Shown: positions 29,459 through 38,869 of the stretch, piece by piece
How positions within the stretch are numbered: the first letter of the stretch is position 1
Layout: every line of letters starts with the position of its first letter
Virus record (IMG/VR): IMGVR_UViG_3300003702_000965
Location: 1-64,000 of that record
From: a virus
DNA length: 64,000 nucleotides
Reading direction: 5' to 3' (one strand)
Notes under the pieces: model-generated
The model's database searches: none
Seen by the model: only the letters and a program-made list of their open reading frames with translations
Told to the model about the DNA's origin: nothing
Program-made: the position numbers and the translations under genes

Positions 29459-32400
29459 TGCCAACACCATTAGCAGAATTAGTAGCGCCCATTAAGAAGG
29501 GTTCATTAGGAGGTGCTCAGGTAGCAGACGTAGGAAAGATTTGCGATAGTGAACTCAAGGCCTCCGATGACGATCCTAGCGAGGGGGATAATAATGGGAC
29601 CGAAACAGACCATAGTAAATTCGTATATCACAGAGATAGAGTCGTAGACAAATATTCCGTTACAAGAGACACTATAAATGAGGGGACCGCTGCTACATTA
29701 AGTTACAATAATTCAGACCAAAAGTCGACTTCTCCTAATTTATACGTAGAAACTAATGCGAAAGCAGAGGCAGACGTAGTTTTACTTCCAACCCAAGCAG
29801 TTTCGAATTCTAACGAAGATGAAGGTGATTACGCCTATCTTGAGCCTTCTGTAAATTATGATTCTGACGGTAAGGAAAAGTGTTCCAGAACAACTAATAA
29901 TTTATTCAAGCCATCTGAATTGGTGGAACTTCACTCAAAAGAAAGCACTACATTAGATTCTCCTTTTAAGGCCACCAGAGCAAAAGGGGAGTACCAGTCG
30001 GAAACAATCCTAAACGCAAACAATTATAAAACTGGTCCCTCACCAAACGGAATGACCGTAGAATTGAATGACGGATTTTGTTTTATAGCTTCAATAGACA
30101 ATGCTGCCGAGTACGGAACTTTACTGTTGAATTTCAAACAGTCTCACCCCGCAAAAAGAGCGATAACCTCTTATATGATAAACAACCATATACAAGATCC
30201 GGATAAGTTATTAACTAATCCAAGAACTTTCAAGGGGGTGAACGACGCGGGGACCACGGAAGGTGGGTATTTTAGTGAGCACTCCATCGACTTTCGGTCA
30301 ATGCTTACCTCCCAATTATCGCCAGTCTCTCTTTATTCTGCTCCCATGTGGGTTTATAATAAATCAATAGAAAGTAGAGTTGTTTCTTATCCTCATGGTC
30401 ACGCTAGCCTGCAAGGTAATGATGATCTTCAAGCTTATATTGGGTATATACAAAGCTACAGCAAGAACAATGGGGACAAAAGCGCTGATTTAAATGTATT
30501 TTACAGCAGCTCATTTATATCAGAAGATTTCGGCAACTTATCGGTAGCTGCCCCTTTTACAGATGGAAAAGCTATTCGTACTGTAGTCCCCTATGGGACA
30601 AACGTAGCGAGTGCATGCGCCCTCGGAATGGGAAATTTATGTACTAATGCTAATGCTAGAAGCGATAGGACTAACGAACATCGAACAACTGCATATGGTT
30701 CTATAGATTACACTTTGACCCTTCCGCCAAACTACATAGAAGAAGAAGTAACTATTGAGCTCAATGAATCAGGTTTGCATGCTGGGTTCCCTAATTCCGC
30801 GGGTTCAACTACTGGCGATCCCGATCAGGTTTTATGGAACGCTAATAGTAATAATGGAGTTACTAGTCAATTCAAGGGCAACAGGAAGGATCCGGTTAAT
30901 GGTCGACCTACGGTTTCAAATGTTATAAGAGCTGACTTGGGTTGGAGACCGTATGAGATAATAGTCTTTAGGGGGACATTAACATATAACAAAAATACCG
31001 GTGTGGAATCTCATTCTGAAGATTATGTTGAGTATTTTAGATTTAGAACATTTGACACAGTTTTCAAAAAAGAAACTTACAATAGACAAATCGGTTCAGC
31101 TAGCGAAAGTGCAGAATCCACAGCGACATCTGCGGAAGGTGGAGATGTCCATGAGTATAGCTTCCCAGTAACAGGTTATCACAGGGAGAGTGATGGAGGT
31201 TTCGTAATTAATTTTTCTGAAAACTTCAAGACCTCTGATTTTTCACCGCAAAATAAACTCAAGGTCGCTGTAATACAGGACATAGTTGTAGATCCTGACG
31301 CGGTAAAAGCCACGTTCAGCAGTGCCGTTATAAATGCTATTCTTCCGGATGAAGGCAGGGTATTTTCTCCGATATTCGAAGACACCCTGCAAGTTTTAAA
31401 CAAAGATGAGGGCCTGTTTTTCGACACTAGCAGAGATTCCGCTAAATATAGTCGACCTTTCGGATATGGAAACTCTTATTCAACAGTAGAAGATCCAAAT
31501 TCGCCTACTGGACTCACATATTTAACCCATTTCTTTTGTCTTTCTTATGAAGTAGATTTGGAAGATGCGTATTATGGAAATAATGCTTGTTTCAATTCTA
31601 ACAGCTTTATAAGAGCTGGTACTGGCGGGCCAAGTGCCTTTGAGGGTACGGTTGCAACAGAATGGGAGCATCCAAATTATGATTGCACAAATTTTGGTGA
31701 TCTTGCTATTGATTTTCCCGGATTACCTTGGGTAATCAATAGTTATGAAAATCCTGTTCAAATACAAGATCCAATAACCTCGGTGAAATATCCCACTGAT
31801 CCGACTCAAAGAAGTTGCTCAATCCCCATTTTCCCGGGGCAAGACATAACTCAAATGGACCCAGATGGTAACAATGTAACACAGACCGCTGCAGAATGGG
31901 GATATGCTTTTTCGGGCGGTCTTGCCGTAAGAAGAGACACTTCGCCTGATGTTCCATTCGAATATATAAATGATACAGTTTTTAGTGACCCGGTTTGTGT
32001 AGCTGGATACGTAAATGGTTATAGGGAAACTTCTTGGTTCGCGAGAGATTTAGTTGCGGCTTATAGTGAAACTAGGTTCAATCAAATTAAAGACGCAGAT
32101 TACGGAATTTTTTCTGAAGAGCATAATGGCGTAAATTTTATTATGCCGGTACCTTGGACGTTGGGAATACAACTCATAAAACCTGAAAATATAAACGGAA
32201 TAGACTTGGATTCTGTAAGATGCTCTCTGGACAGAGACTCTTTCCACTCAAAAGCATTAGGCCCGGAAGAAGGAGAAAGTGACACGTTGAATGGTGTTGG
32301 TTATCATTGTGGAGAATGCGAGGATCTTGCCGAACCGCCTTCTGCAGAATTTGACGATGACCCGCCAACAAAACATGGTAAAGTGAAGAAGGGCTTTCCC

Positions 32401-32469
32401 CTGACGGATACATTAAATGATCACAGGTCATATGTCAGAATTCATGACGGAGCTAATTTAAATCCATAA
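29458..32469 (+). CDS. Large acidic hypothetical protein, probably virion-associated
   Basis: 1003-aa ORF, TAATG-coupled; no family recognised. Confidence 0.65.
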   Translation: MPTPLAELVAPIKKGSLGGAQVADVGKICDSELKASDDDPSEGDNNGTETDHSKFVYHRDRVVDKYSVTRDTINEGTAATLSYNNSDQKSTSPNLYVETNAKAEADVVLLPTQAVSNSNEDEGDYAYLEPSVNYDSDGKEKCSRTTNNLFKPSELVELHSKESTTLDSPFKATRAKGEYQSETILNANNYKTGPSPNGMTVELNDGFCFIASIDNAAEYGTLLLNFKQSHPAKRAITSYMINNHIQDPDKLLTNPRTFKGVNDAGTTEGGYFSEHSIDFRSMLTSQLSPVSLYSAPMWVYNKSIESRVVSYPHGHASLQGNDDLQAYIGYIQSYSKNNGDKSADLNVFYSSSFISEDFGNLSVAAPFTDGKAIRTVVPYGTNVASACALGMGNLCTNANARSDRTNEHRTTAYGSIDYTLTLPPNYIEEEVTIELNESGLHAGFPNSAGSTTGDPDQVLWNANSNNGVTSQFKGNRKDPVNGRPTVSNVIRADLGWRPYEIIVFRGTLTYNKNTGVESHSEDYVEYFRFRTFDTVFKKETYNRQIGSASESAESTATSAEGGDVHEYSFPVTGYHRESDGGFVINFSENFKTSDFSPQNKLKVAVIQDIVVDPDAVKATFSSAVINAILPDEGRVFSPIFEDTLQVLNKDEGLFFDTSRDSAKYSRPFGYGNSYSTVEDPNSPTGLTYLTHFFCLSYEVDLEDAYYGNNACFNSNSFIRAGTGGPSAFEGTVATEWEHPNYDCTNFGDLAIDFPGLPWVINSYENPVQIQDPITSVKYPTDPTQRSCSIPIFPGQDITQMDPDGNNVTQTAAEWGYAFSGGLAVRRDTSPDVPFEYINDTVFSDPVCVAGYVNGYRETSWFARDLVAAYSETRFNQIKDADYGIFSEEHNGVNFIMPVPWTLGIQLIKPENINGIDLDSVRCSLDRDSFHSKALGPEEGESDTLNGVGYHCGECEDLAEPPSAEFDDDPPTKHGKVKKGFPLTDTLNDHRSYVRIHDGANLNP

Positions 32470-32470
32470 A

Positions 32471-34300
32471 ATGCCAGACACATATAAAACTACATATAGG
32501 GTCGAAAAAGAGAAACAATTTACGCTAGAAGGGAAACAGGTGAATGTAGCTGGTTTTGTTTCTAGTTGCGATTATTGTGAACCGTGTCATGACGAGGCGG
32601 AGGGCATAGACAGCTTATCCGTATGGGAAAATGGAGAAACTACAATAAGATTTTTCCCACACGTAACCGATCAAAATGGTCCCGACTATACAGCCAGATC
32701 AACTGAACTTATTAATTCGGTAGGCACAATCCCACGGACTTCGTTTGCCTACGGAATTGGTGTAGATGGACTGGCCGATCCCTCAATAGCTAATCCTGAC
32801 TGGGTAGATGGCGGGGGTTTCTATTTCAAAAAAAGAACTCCTGCGTTTCTAGTCTCATCCGATCCTCCCACGAACGATCCAAACATTGATGAAGATGGAA
32901 ACCATCTAAGAGATGTGCATGGTGATCTAGTGGAACCTAGGAAACCTATTTGCGAGTATTTAATCGAAGTGAACTGGAGCGCGGTTATGGATAACCAAAT
33001 ATTAAATTGGTTCAGGGGTGGGCCAGATAGGATGGCTTTTTTGGTGGTGAACAGACACACAGATCGCATGGCTGAAAACAATGTTTTTCCGTCCCAACCT
33101 TTCGTATATAGCGAAGGTATCCATGCGAATCCAGACCTCAAAGGGGGTATTATACAGCAATATTTTCATTTCTTGAATCATACCGGAAGTGTCGGCGCAT
33201 CGGGAATAACTGGAGATGGAATAGAGCGGGCATATCCTTCTGGAAAATTCTTTTTTAAGGCAAAGTCTTATGATTCTTTTTGGATTGAATTTTATGAGTA
33301 CGGCAGGAGGGGATTCAGCAATGAAGAGCTAATGGCAAGAGAAAGCAATGAAAATGACGAAAACATGTTTAGAGTCGAGTATGCCGAAATGAACGACGCT
33401 ACTTCATGGGGCTTAGAGGCTCCCGAAACGTATGGCCCCGGACTAGCTACGGCAGTTGTTAATTGGTCGAAGAGCCTTAATGATTATGATTCGTTTTATG
33501 ACTTTTCACTTGGGTATACAACCTCGCAAAGAATAGATCTAGGGGTAATTCATAAAATGAAAGATGATGTTAAAAACTATAATGACACTTTACCGGAGCT
33601 AAGAAGAATGGGAGCTTTTGCGAGGTACAACAGAGGGGTATTTGAGGGTGGAAATGTTTTTTATGATGTTATAGATCCGGAAACAGGAGAGATTGTAGTT
33701 GATGAAGAAACAGGAGAAAATGTAGTTAATGAAATTTCCGACTCTGAACTGAAATATAATAGGTTAGGCGCTGATGGAACAGACAACCCTCTTTCCGGCG
33801 GAACGTACAATATGAAATACGAATTACCAGCGACGTTAGGTAGTCACTCCGCTTACGATTTAAATTTAGGACTTGCAGATCCTATTAATTACGACTGGAG
33901 GAGGGGCGACCCTGAAACCTTAAATACAAACGAATCGACCAATATTGACCACAACAACATCAAAATGACATTTAAAAAACATTTGATCGTCAGCCCTTCT
34001 TTTGCATATGTACCGTCTGAAGATGCGAGCAAAAGCTTAACAAACAAAACAGTAGCCTTCGCTCCTTATATGGAAATTAAATCCTTTGGTTTTTTGGGTC
34101 ATGGTCGAGCAGGACTTAATCATCCTCTCGGCGACATCGACTCGGACCATGATGTTAAAGTAGGAGGCGCAGCGTATCCGCATGGATCAACCGAAGGTAA
34201 TAGATTTACTAAAAATATGGGAGACGGAAAACAGGCTCCCACAAATAAAGTGGCCAGACCGGGGCAATTATTGCATCACACTTTAGCAGTAGAGAAATAA
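32471..34300 (+). CDS. Acidic hypothetical protein
   Basis: 609-aa ORF with N-terminal CDYCEPC; last gene of the + strand block. Confidence 0.65.
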   Translation: MPDTYKTTYRVEKEKQFTLEGKQVNVAGFVSSCDYCEPCHDEAEGIDSLSVWENGETTIRFFPHVTDQNGPDYTARSTELINSVGTIPRTSFAYGIGVDGLADPSIANPDWVDGGGFYFKKRTPAFLVSSDPPTNDPNIDEDGNHLRDVHGDLVEPRKPICEYLIEVNWSAVMDNQILNWFRGGPDRMAFLVVNRHTDRMAENNVFPSQPFVYSEGIHANPDLKGGIIQQYFHFLNHTGSVGASGITGDGIERAYPSGKFFFKAKSYDSFWIEFYEYGRRGFSNEELMARESNENDENMFRVEYAEMNDATSWGLEAPETYGPGLATAVVNWSKSLNDYDSFYDFSLGYTTSQRIDLGVIHKMKDDVKNYNDTLPELRRMGAFARYNRGVFEGGNVFYDVIDPETGEIVVDEETGENVVNEISDSELKYNRLGADGTDNPLSGGTYNMKYELPATLGSHSAYDLNLGLADPINYDWRRGDPETLNTNESTNIDHNNIKMTFKKHLIVSPSFAYVPSEDASKSLTNKTVAFAPYMEIKSFGFLGHGRAGLNHPLGDIDSDHDVKVGGAAYPHGSTEGNRFTKNMGDGKQAPTNKVARPGQLLHHTLAVEK

Positions 34301-34450
34301 CTATCTTGGGTTTTTCTTTTCTCTTGATACTGACCTGTTTCTCATTGGTCTTATTTGACCTTTTTGAGTATATGCCCCACCTGATTTGACGGCTTCGTTC
34401 CTTTCTTTGGAATCATTAGCTTTTTTCAATCTTGATGCTGCTGTTGCCAT
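34301..34450 (-). CDS. Small basic protein, 49 aa (absent from ORF track)
   Basis: Hand translation MATAASRLKKANDSKERNEAVKSGGAYTQKGQIRPMRNRSVSREKKNPR*. Its stop abuts the convergent stop at 34300, and GTGTAT lies 8 nt upstream of its ATG. Confidence 0.6.
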   Translation of the reverse strand: MATAASRLKKANDSKERNEAVKSGGAYTQKGQIRPMRNRSVSREKKNPR

Positions 34451-34471
34451 ATAAACAAATACACTAAAGAA

Positions 34472-34693
34472 CTAATAAGGCCACAAAACTACACAGTTTT
34501 GATGCTCTTGTTCTTCTAGCTCTATTGGGTCGTCGAACACAGCAACAGGCTCGCCAATAGAACATTGCAAGTCAATTCCTATATCTTCTATTAGGGAAAA
34601 CTTATGTCTTTCGTTGTCGTTTTTATAAGCAAGAACAACTTCAGATTTGCCGTCTTCGTTTTCTAGGAGTGAAATTAGCTCCTCTACATTCAT
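34472..34693 (-). CDS. Small acidic hypothetical phage protein
   Basis: MNVEELISLLE...VVLWPY; preceded by a GTGTAT motif. Confidence 0.7.
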   Translation of the reverse strand: MNVEELISLLENEDGKSEVVLAYKNDNERHKFSLIEDIGIDLQCSIGEPVAVFDDPIELEEQEHQNCVVLWPY

Positions 34694-34716
34694 CAATCGC
34701 TAATAGAAGAATACAC

Positions 34717-34744
34717 AAAAAAACCCCCAGTAAGAAACTGGGGG
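34717..34744 (-). terminator. Rho-independent terminator
   Basis: Minus strand CCCCCAGT-ttctt-ACTGGGGG followed by 7 T. Confidence 0.85.
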
Positions 34745-34763
34745 CTAAATAGATGTGTATTTT

Positions 34764-35309
34764 TTATTCTCCGGGCTTGTTTACGTCGATGACTTTATCT
34801 CTGTTGTTTTTAAATTCTTTACGAATTTCCTTGATGCGCTTGCTGACTTCCTCTCGGTGAGATTTCATTTTCTCATACCATTCCTTTCTCCCAGCGGCCA
34901 TTTTCTCTCTAAGAGCTTTCTTCTCATCGTCCGTGGCATCTTTCCACGCTTTCCTATCAAAGCCTTTCCAGCCCTTCTTAGAGGCAGCAGCGAAAGCCTC
35001 TTTCAGCTCCTTAATTTTAGCATCGTCTCTTACAAGCTTCCCAAAGCTTCCACCTTTCTTATCGCCCTTCTTGGGACCATGAACCTTGTGTCCCCGTTTC
35101 TTTGCGTCATTATGGCGTTTGCTACGTTTCTCAAAAGCGGCCTTGAGGCGATCCTTCACCTTCTCTTTGTCCCACTTACCCTTCTCGGGCCTTTCCTTCT
35201 TTGGCTTGTCCGGTTTGGGATCAGGTTTAGGAACTTGAGCTTGCGAGATTGTTAACGCTGATGCCACAATGGCCACCAGCCCGACTTTAAGTATGCGTTT
35301 AACAAACAT
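34764..35309 (-). CDS. Signal-peptide-bearing, Lys/Arg/Glu-rich helical protein
   Basis: MFVKRILKVGLVAIVASALTISQA|Q Sec-type signal; Pro/Lys linker; charged helices; own promoter motif and terminator. Confidence 0.8.
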   Translation of the reverse strand: MFVKRILKVGLVAIVASALTISQAQVPKPDPKPDKPKKERPEKGKWDKEKVKDRLKAAFEKRSKRHNDAKKRGHKVHGPKKGDKKGGSFGKLVRDDAKIKELKEAFAAASKKGWKGFDRKAWKDATDDEKKALREKMAAGRKEWYEKMKSHREEVSKRIKEIRKEFKNNRDKVIDVNKPGE

Positions 35310-35338
35310 AACATATATTACACTGCAGAAACCATGCC

Positions 35339-35370
35339 AAAAAGAAAACCCCCTTTTTACAGGGGGTTCT
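35339..35370 (-). terminator. Rho-independent terminator downstream of nrdJ
   Basis: Minus strand AACCCCCT-gtaaaa-AGGGGGTT-ttcttttt. Confidence 0.75.
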
Positions 35371-35440
35371 CAGGTTTTATCTACTCTAACATTACATATG
35401 GGGGATTATTCCCCGTTCGGGGTGGGAGCTATTTCCCAAA

Positions 35441-37411
35441 TTAATTTATTTCACAATTTCCTCCAGCGCAAGCTAGCACATCTTGAAGATGCGTGTCGTC
35501 GTGAATTTCCTCAAGCAACGAGTAATCCATAGGAGCCATAGAAGAAGCTAACCTATTGAAAATCTTTTCGTCATTTTCGGACGTTACGTTTTCCATAGGA
35601 GCTTGCTTGAAGTCTTTGTCTCCAGTTGCGGCTAGTAGAGATACGGCCGCAAAAAAATCTCTATTATCGTAAAGATATTGAGCTACTTTATCCCATTCTC
35701 CATCTTCGACTACAACTGTACAGCTTACCGAATGCGTGGTTTTCTTTTTGTTGTATTTTGTCGTGCCCGGGAGAACCCAGTTTTCTTGGGTGGATTTTAT
35801 ATAATTCAAATGTTTGAAAGTATCTAAATCTGCTTTAGTCAGAGCGCCGTTAGTTATGTTTATTGGAAAAGTGACAACATCATCCGTTTTATTGGCGCTC
35901 CAGACGCTTTCTTCACATAATTTATCATTAAACATCTTAAAGAACTGATAAACAGAATCTATTTTGTTACATTGGACTCTACGAAAGTATCTTCGACTAT
36001 GGTGGGGATGGATTCCGGAGGAGGACCCCAAGATAAGGCTCGAGGTTCCCTCTGGTTTAACACAAGTAACTCTTGCGGCAGGCTTTATCTTGAGTTTTTT
36101 AGCCCATTCTTCATTAGTTTTTACTGCTATTTCAGCGCATTCCTTTTGATGCTTGGAGTTAAGCAGCGTTTTGGGGTTATCCATTATCCCGGTTATTGAC
36201 ACTCCAAGTAAAGCTTCTTCCTCAGTAAGCTCTTTAGAAGCGTTTCTCAAATAGTGGAAATTAGTATATCCAGCCTGAAGAGTCCCTATCAAAGCTGCTC
36301 CCCAAGAATGGTCTCGAAACTCTTTCGAAGTGTGTGTTTGTGAACCATTGATAGATGTTAAATTACAAAATTGCACGCCGCATCTGCCGTCTTTAGTAAC
36401 GGGAACAAACCCAATCTCGCGACATGGATTAGAGAGGGTATCTTCGTGATCTGCGAAAATGAATCCGGGTTCTCCGAATTCTCTAGATCTAGTTAAGACT
36501 TGCTTAAAGTTCTCTTCGGTAACCTTTTTTCTTAGAAAGAGGACTGAATTATTGCTTCTCGCTCTTTGAGGATTTTCTTCAATCCAATTCCCTGTTTTGG
36601 CGTTCATCATTTCTTCGTCGTCAGAGTCAAAAACGACAGAAGTAGCTGCTCTCCTAATTCCGCCACTTAAAACGGCGTCGGCACAATGCATTAAAATATC
36701 ATAAGCGTTTATTGGGGCCATTCTAGTTTGGGTCTTGTTTTCTATGAGCTCATCTAGAAGGTTCTTAATTTTAGCGTGCGCTGCCTTAAGCCCGCTGTAT
36801 CCCGGTGCTTTTCCTCCTCCGGTTTTCAGCTTCGCGCCTTTTCTGCGTATCTTAGAGTAGTCAAAAACAACTTTCCTACCCGTGAATGGTGTTTGCTTGA
36901 AAAAGCTGTCGAGAAGAACTTCTACGCTGTCAGCCCAACCTTCTATGCTGTCCTCTACGGCGTAAGTTACGACAATACCTGTTTTGTTCTCGGCTCCGAC
37001 GAGGTCTGGAAGTCTATTGAGGTATTTCTTGGTGATTCCAAAATCAACTCCACATCCGCAAAGAAGCAAATAAAAACATTCAGAAAACGATCTTATTGAG
37101 TCCATATGCCTACAAGAACAATTAAAAATTCTTGCGTTATGAGCGAATACGGCTTCACCCCCAAACTGCATTGACCTCATGGAGGGAACTATCTTTTTTT
37201 CTCTTACTAAATCGAACGCTTCGTTTATTTTAGCCTTGTCCTCATCTGGGAGAAAGTCGTATCTGCTAAGATGCATTTCTTCTACTCTGGAAACCGCTTC
37301 TTCCCATGTTTCTCGTCTTTTATTCTTCTCGCTGTATCTAGCGTACTTGCTGGTAAATATGAATTTTGAAATCTCTTCTAATCCGTTGGCTTTAGTCTCT
37401 ATTTTGCTCAT
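35441..37411 (-). CDS. nrdJ: Class II (adenosylcobalamin-dependent) monomeric-type ribonucleotide reductase
   Basis: PSMRSMQFGG, FNCS, SGGIRRAA, RARSNNS, GEPGF, NPCREI, FCNL, TCVKPEGTSS, C-terminal CAGGNCE; no beta-subunit gene nearby. Confidence 0.9.
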   Translation of the reverse strand: MSKIETKANGLEEISKFIFTSKYARYSEKNKRRETWEEAVSRVEEMHLSRYDFLPDEDKAKINEAFDLVREKKIVPSMRSMQFGGEAVFAHNARIFNCSCRHMDSIRSFSECFYLLLCGCGVDFGITKKYLNRLPDLVGAENKTGIVVTYAVEDSIEGWADSVEVLLDSFFKQTPFTGRKVVFDYSKIRRKGAKLKTGGGKAPGYSGLKAAHAKIKNLLDELIENKTQTRMAPINAYDILMHCADAVLSGGIRRAATSVVFDSDDEEMMNAKTGNWIEENPQRARSNNSVLFLRKKVTEENFKQVLTRSREFGEPGFIFADHEDTLSNPCREIGFVPVTKDGRCGVQFCNLTSINGSQTHTSKEFRDHSWGAALIGTLQAGYTNFHYLRNASKELTEEEALLGVSITGIMDNPKTLLNSKHQKECAEIAVKTNEEWAKKLKIKPAARVTCVKPEGTSSLILGSSSGIHPHHSRRYFRRVQCNKIDSVYQFFKMFNDKLCEESVWSANKTDDVVTFPINITNGALTKADLDTFKHLNYIKSTQENWVLPGTTKYNKKKTTHSVSCTVVVEDGEWDKVAQYLYDNRDFFAAVSLLAATGDKDFKQAPMENVTSENDEKIFNRLASSMAPMDYSLLEEIHDDTHLQDVLACAGGNCEIN

Positions 37412-37536
37412 TTCAGTAAGTTCTATTATTAATTACAGGCCCTGCGCCAATAGGGAAAGACTTTCATTTAAAACCTTTTTAGGGCTTTTATGGTGGGTCA
37501 ATTTTACCCTCGAAGTGCTTTCCGAACGCCGTTTTT

Positions 37537-37565
37537 AGGGTATCAAACTCTTTGGGGGGAGTCAA
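37537..37565 (-). promoter_or_regulatory. Sigma70-type promoter upstream of nrdJ
   Basis: TTGACT-ccccccaaagagtttga(17)-TACCCT, with TG extension. Confidence 0.65.
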
Positions 37566-37567
37566 GC

Positions 37568-37843
37568 TTATTTGGAGAAAGAAATACTGTCTATTTTATC
37601 TTCTAGCTTGTCGAACCTTTCGTGGATAACGGTTATTGCGTGGGAGAGATCAGTTTTTGTCACATATTCCTTTGGCAATTCTATGGCAATTTTGGTGAGT
37701 CGACTCGTCATTTCATCGTGTTTTCTCCATAACTCGTCTATACTGTGAAACAGCCTCTTAATAGTCCACCCAATAAAAATTGCTGCGCAGGCAAAGGCTA
37801 TGTCTATGATTTGATGGGTTTCAACCATGTTTCCTGCATCCAT
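37568..37843 (-). CDS. Single-TM coiled-coil protein (holin/XhlA-like)
   Basis: N-terminal TM IIDIAFACAAIFIGW, then LPKEYVTKTDL...FDKLEDKID. Confidence 0.55.
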   Translation of the reverse strand: MDAGNMVETHQIIDIAFACAAIFIGWTIKRLFHSIDELWRKHDEMTSRLTKIAIELPKEYVTKTDLSHAITVIHERFDKLEDKIDSISFSK

Positions 37844-37845
37844 AA

Positions 37846-38055
37846 TTATCTAAAAGTCATTTTACTTAGGTCTGCGACCTCAATGTCGTAGTTTTCGTGA
37901 TCGCCCACAAACCCTTCCTTGAGAAGGTACCAAAACATATTTACACCAATTTTTTGGTTATTGAGTCCTTTATCGTTAAGGATGATGATTTTGTTTTTAC
38001 GTAGAGATATTTTAGTGTCTAGGACCTTGAAAAAATCAATTTTATTGGATATCAT
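37846..38055 (-). CDS. Hypothetical protein
   Basis: 69 aa, ATGA-coupled in the minus-strand operon. Confidence 0.6.
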   Translation of the reverse strand: MISNKIDFFKVLDTKISLRKNKIIILNDKGLNNQKIGVNMFWYLLKEGFVGDHENYDIEVADLSKMTFR

Positions 38056-38240
38056 GATGGAGATCTTAAGTCGAAAATATCAACCTTCTTACCCATTCCT
38101 TGGTTTTTTATCACATGAAAGGTGGATTCATCAAGCACGCCGCTGACTATCCCCGTCCAATTATCTGATGGGTCTAATACTGTTACGGTTTTCCCTATCA
38201 TTCTTTTATTTGCTTCTATTTTTTCTTCGTTATTTGTCAT
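38052..38240 (-). CDS. Hypothetical protein (SH3/Sm-like pattern)
   Basis: 62 aa; IGKTVTV...WTGIVSGV...VDIFDLRS. Confidence 0.6.
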   Translation of the reverse strand: MTNNEEKIEANKRMIGKTVTVLDPSDNWTGIVSGVLDESTFHVIKNQGMGKKVDIFDLRSPS

Positions 38241-38541
38241 TTAAGGTTAGTTGCTTTAAATAGGTTCGGCAATTTCCCGCCAATCCTTCTGTTATAATGA
38301 TATTTGTTATGATTGTTTCGGTTTCTTTAGGGTCAGTTTCCTTTTCCAGTTTTGATTGTAGCAGTTTAACCTGTTCTTCGTATTCGGCTAAGCTTTGATT
38401 TTGGGTTTCTATCGTGTCTTCTAGTGACATATGAATGCCGCCTTCGGCTATTTTCGTTATATCAATAAAATTAGTTTTGCCAACTCTCTCTTTTATTTGG
38501 TCTACGATTGATAAGTTTTTTAATTTAGGTATGTTGTCCAT
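38230..38541 (-). CDS. Hypothetical coiled-coil protein
   Basis: 103 aa, overlapping its neighbours in the operon. Confidence 0.6.
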   Translation of the reverse strand: MDNIPKLKNLSIVDQIKERVGKTNFIDITKIAEGGIHMSLEDTIETQNQSLAEYEEQVKLLQSKLEKETDPKETETIITNIIITEGLAGNCRTYLKQLTLNDK

Positions 38542-38869
38542 TACTTTCTATTGTTAAAAGTTCTTTTTTCTCGTTGTTTATTTTGGCGCAAAATTTAATG
38601 GAGTTTTTGTTAGTTAATGGGATCATATATTTCTTAATTTTTTCGATGCTTTCTTTGGGGGTGGCGGGGATAGAGGCTTGATACATCCTTTCTAAAAGCT
38701 GGAGCCTTGCTTCTTTTTGGTTTCCGCAGCAAGTAGAGGTTTTTTGGGCCGAGTTCCAAACCTTTATTAAGATTTGATATTCCGGAAAATGCTTGTATAA
38801 CCCTTCATTTTCACTTAGAAACTCAATAAATGCGCTAGCAGAAGAAAAAGTGAAACAATTATCTGGCAT
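38525..38869 (-). CDS. Hypothetical protein with CCG motif
   Basis: 114 aa, overlapping its neighbours. Confidence 0.6.
   Translation of the reverse strand: MPDNCFTFSSASAFIEFLSENEGLYKHFPEYQILIKVWNSAQKTSTCCGNQKEARLQLLERMYQASIPATPKESIEKIKKYMIPLTNKNSIKFCAKINNEKKELLTIESNGQHT

Noticed and set aside
37412-37536. Cobalamin riboswitch before nrdJ
   Set aside because: No B12-box or GGGAA/ACUG core recognisable; kept only as an unclassified leader.
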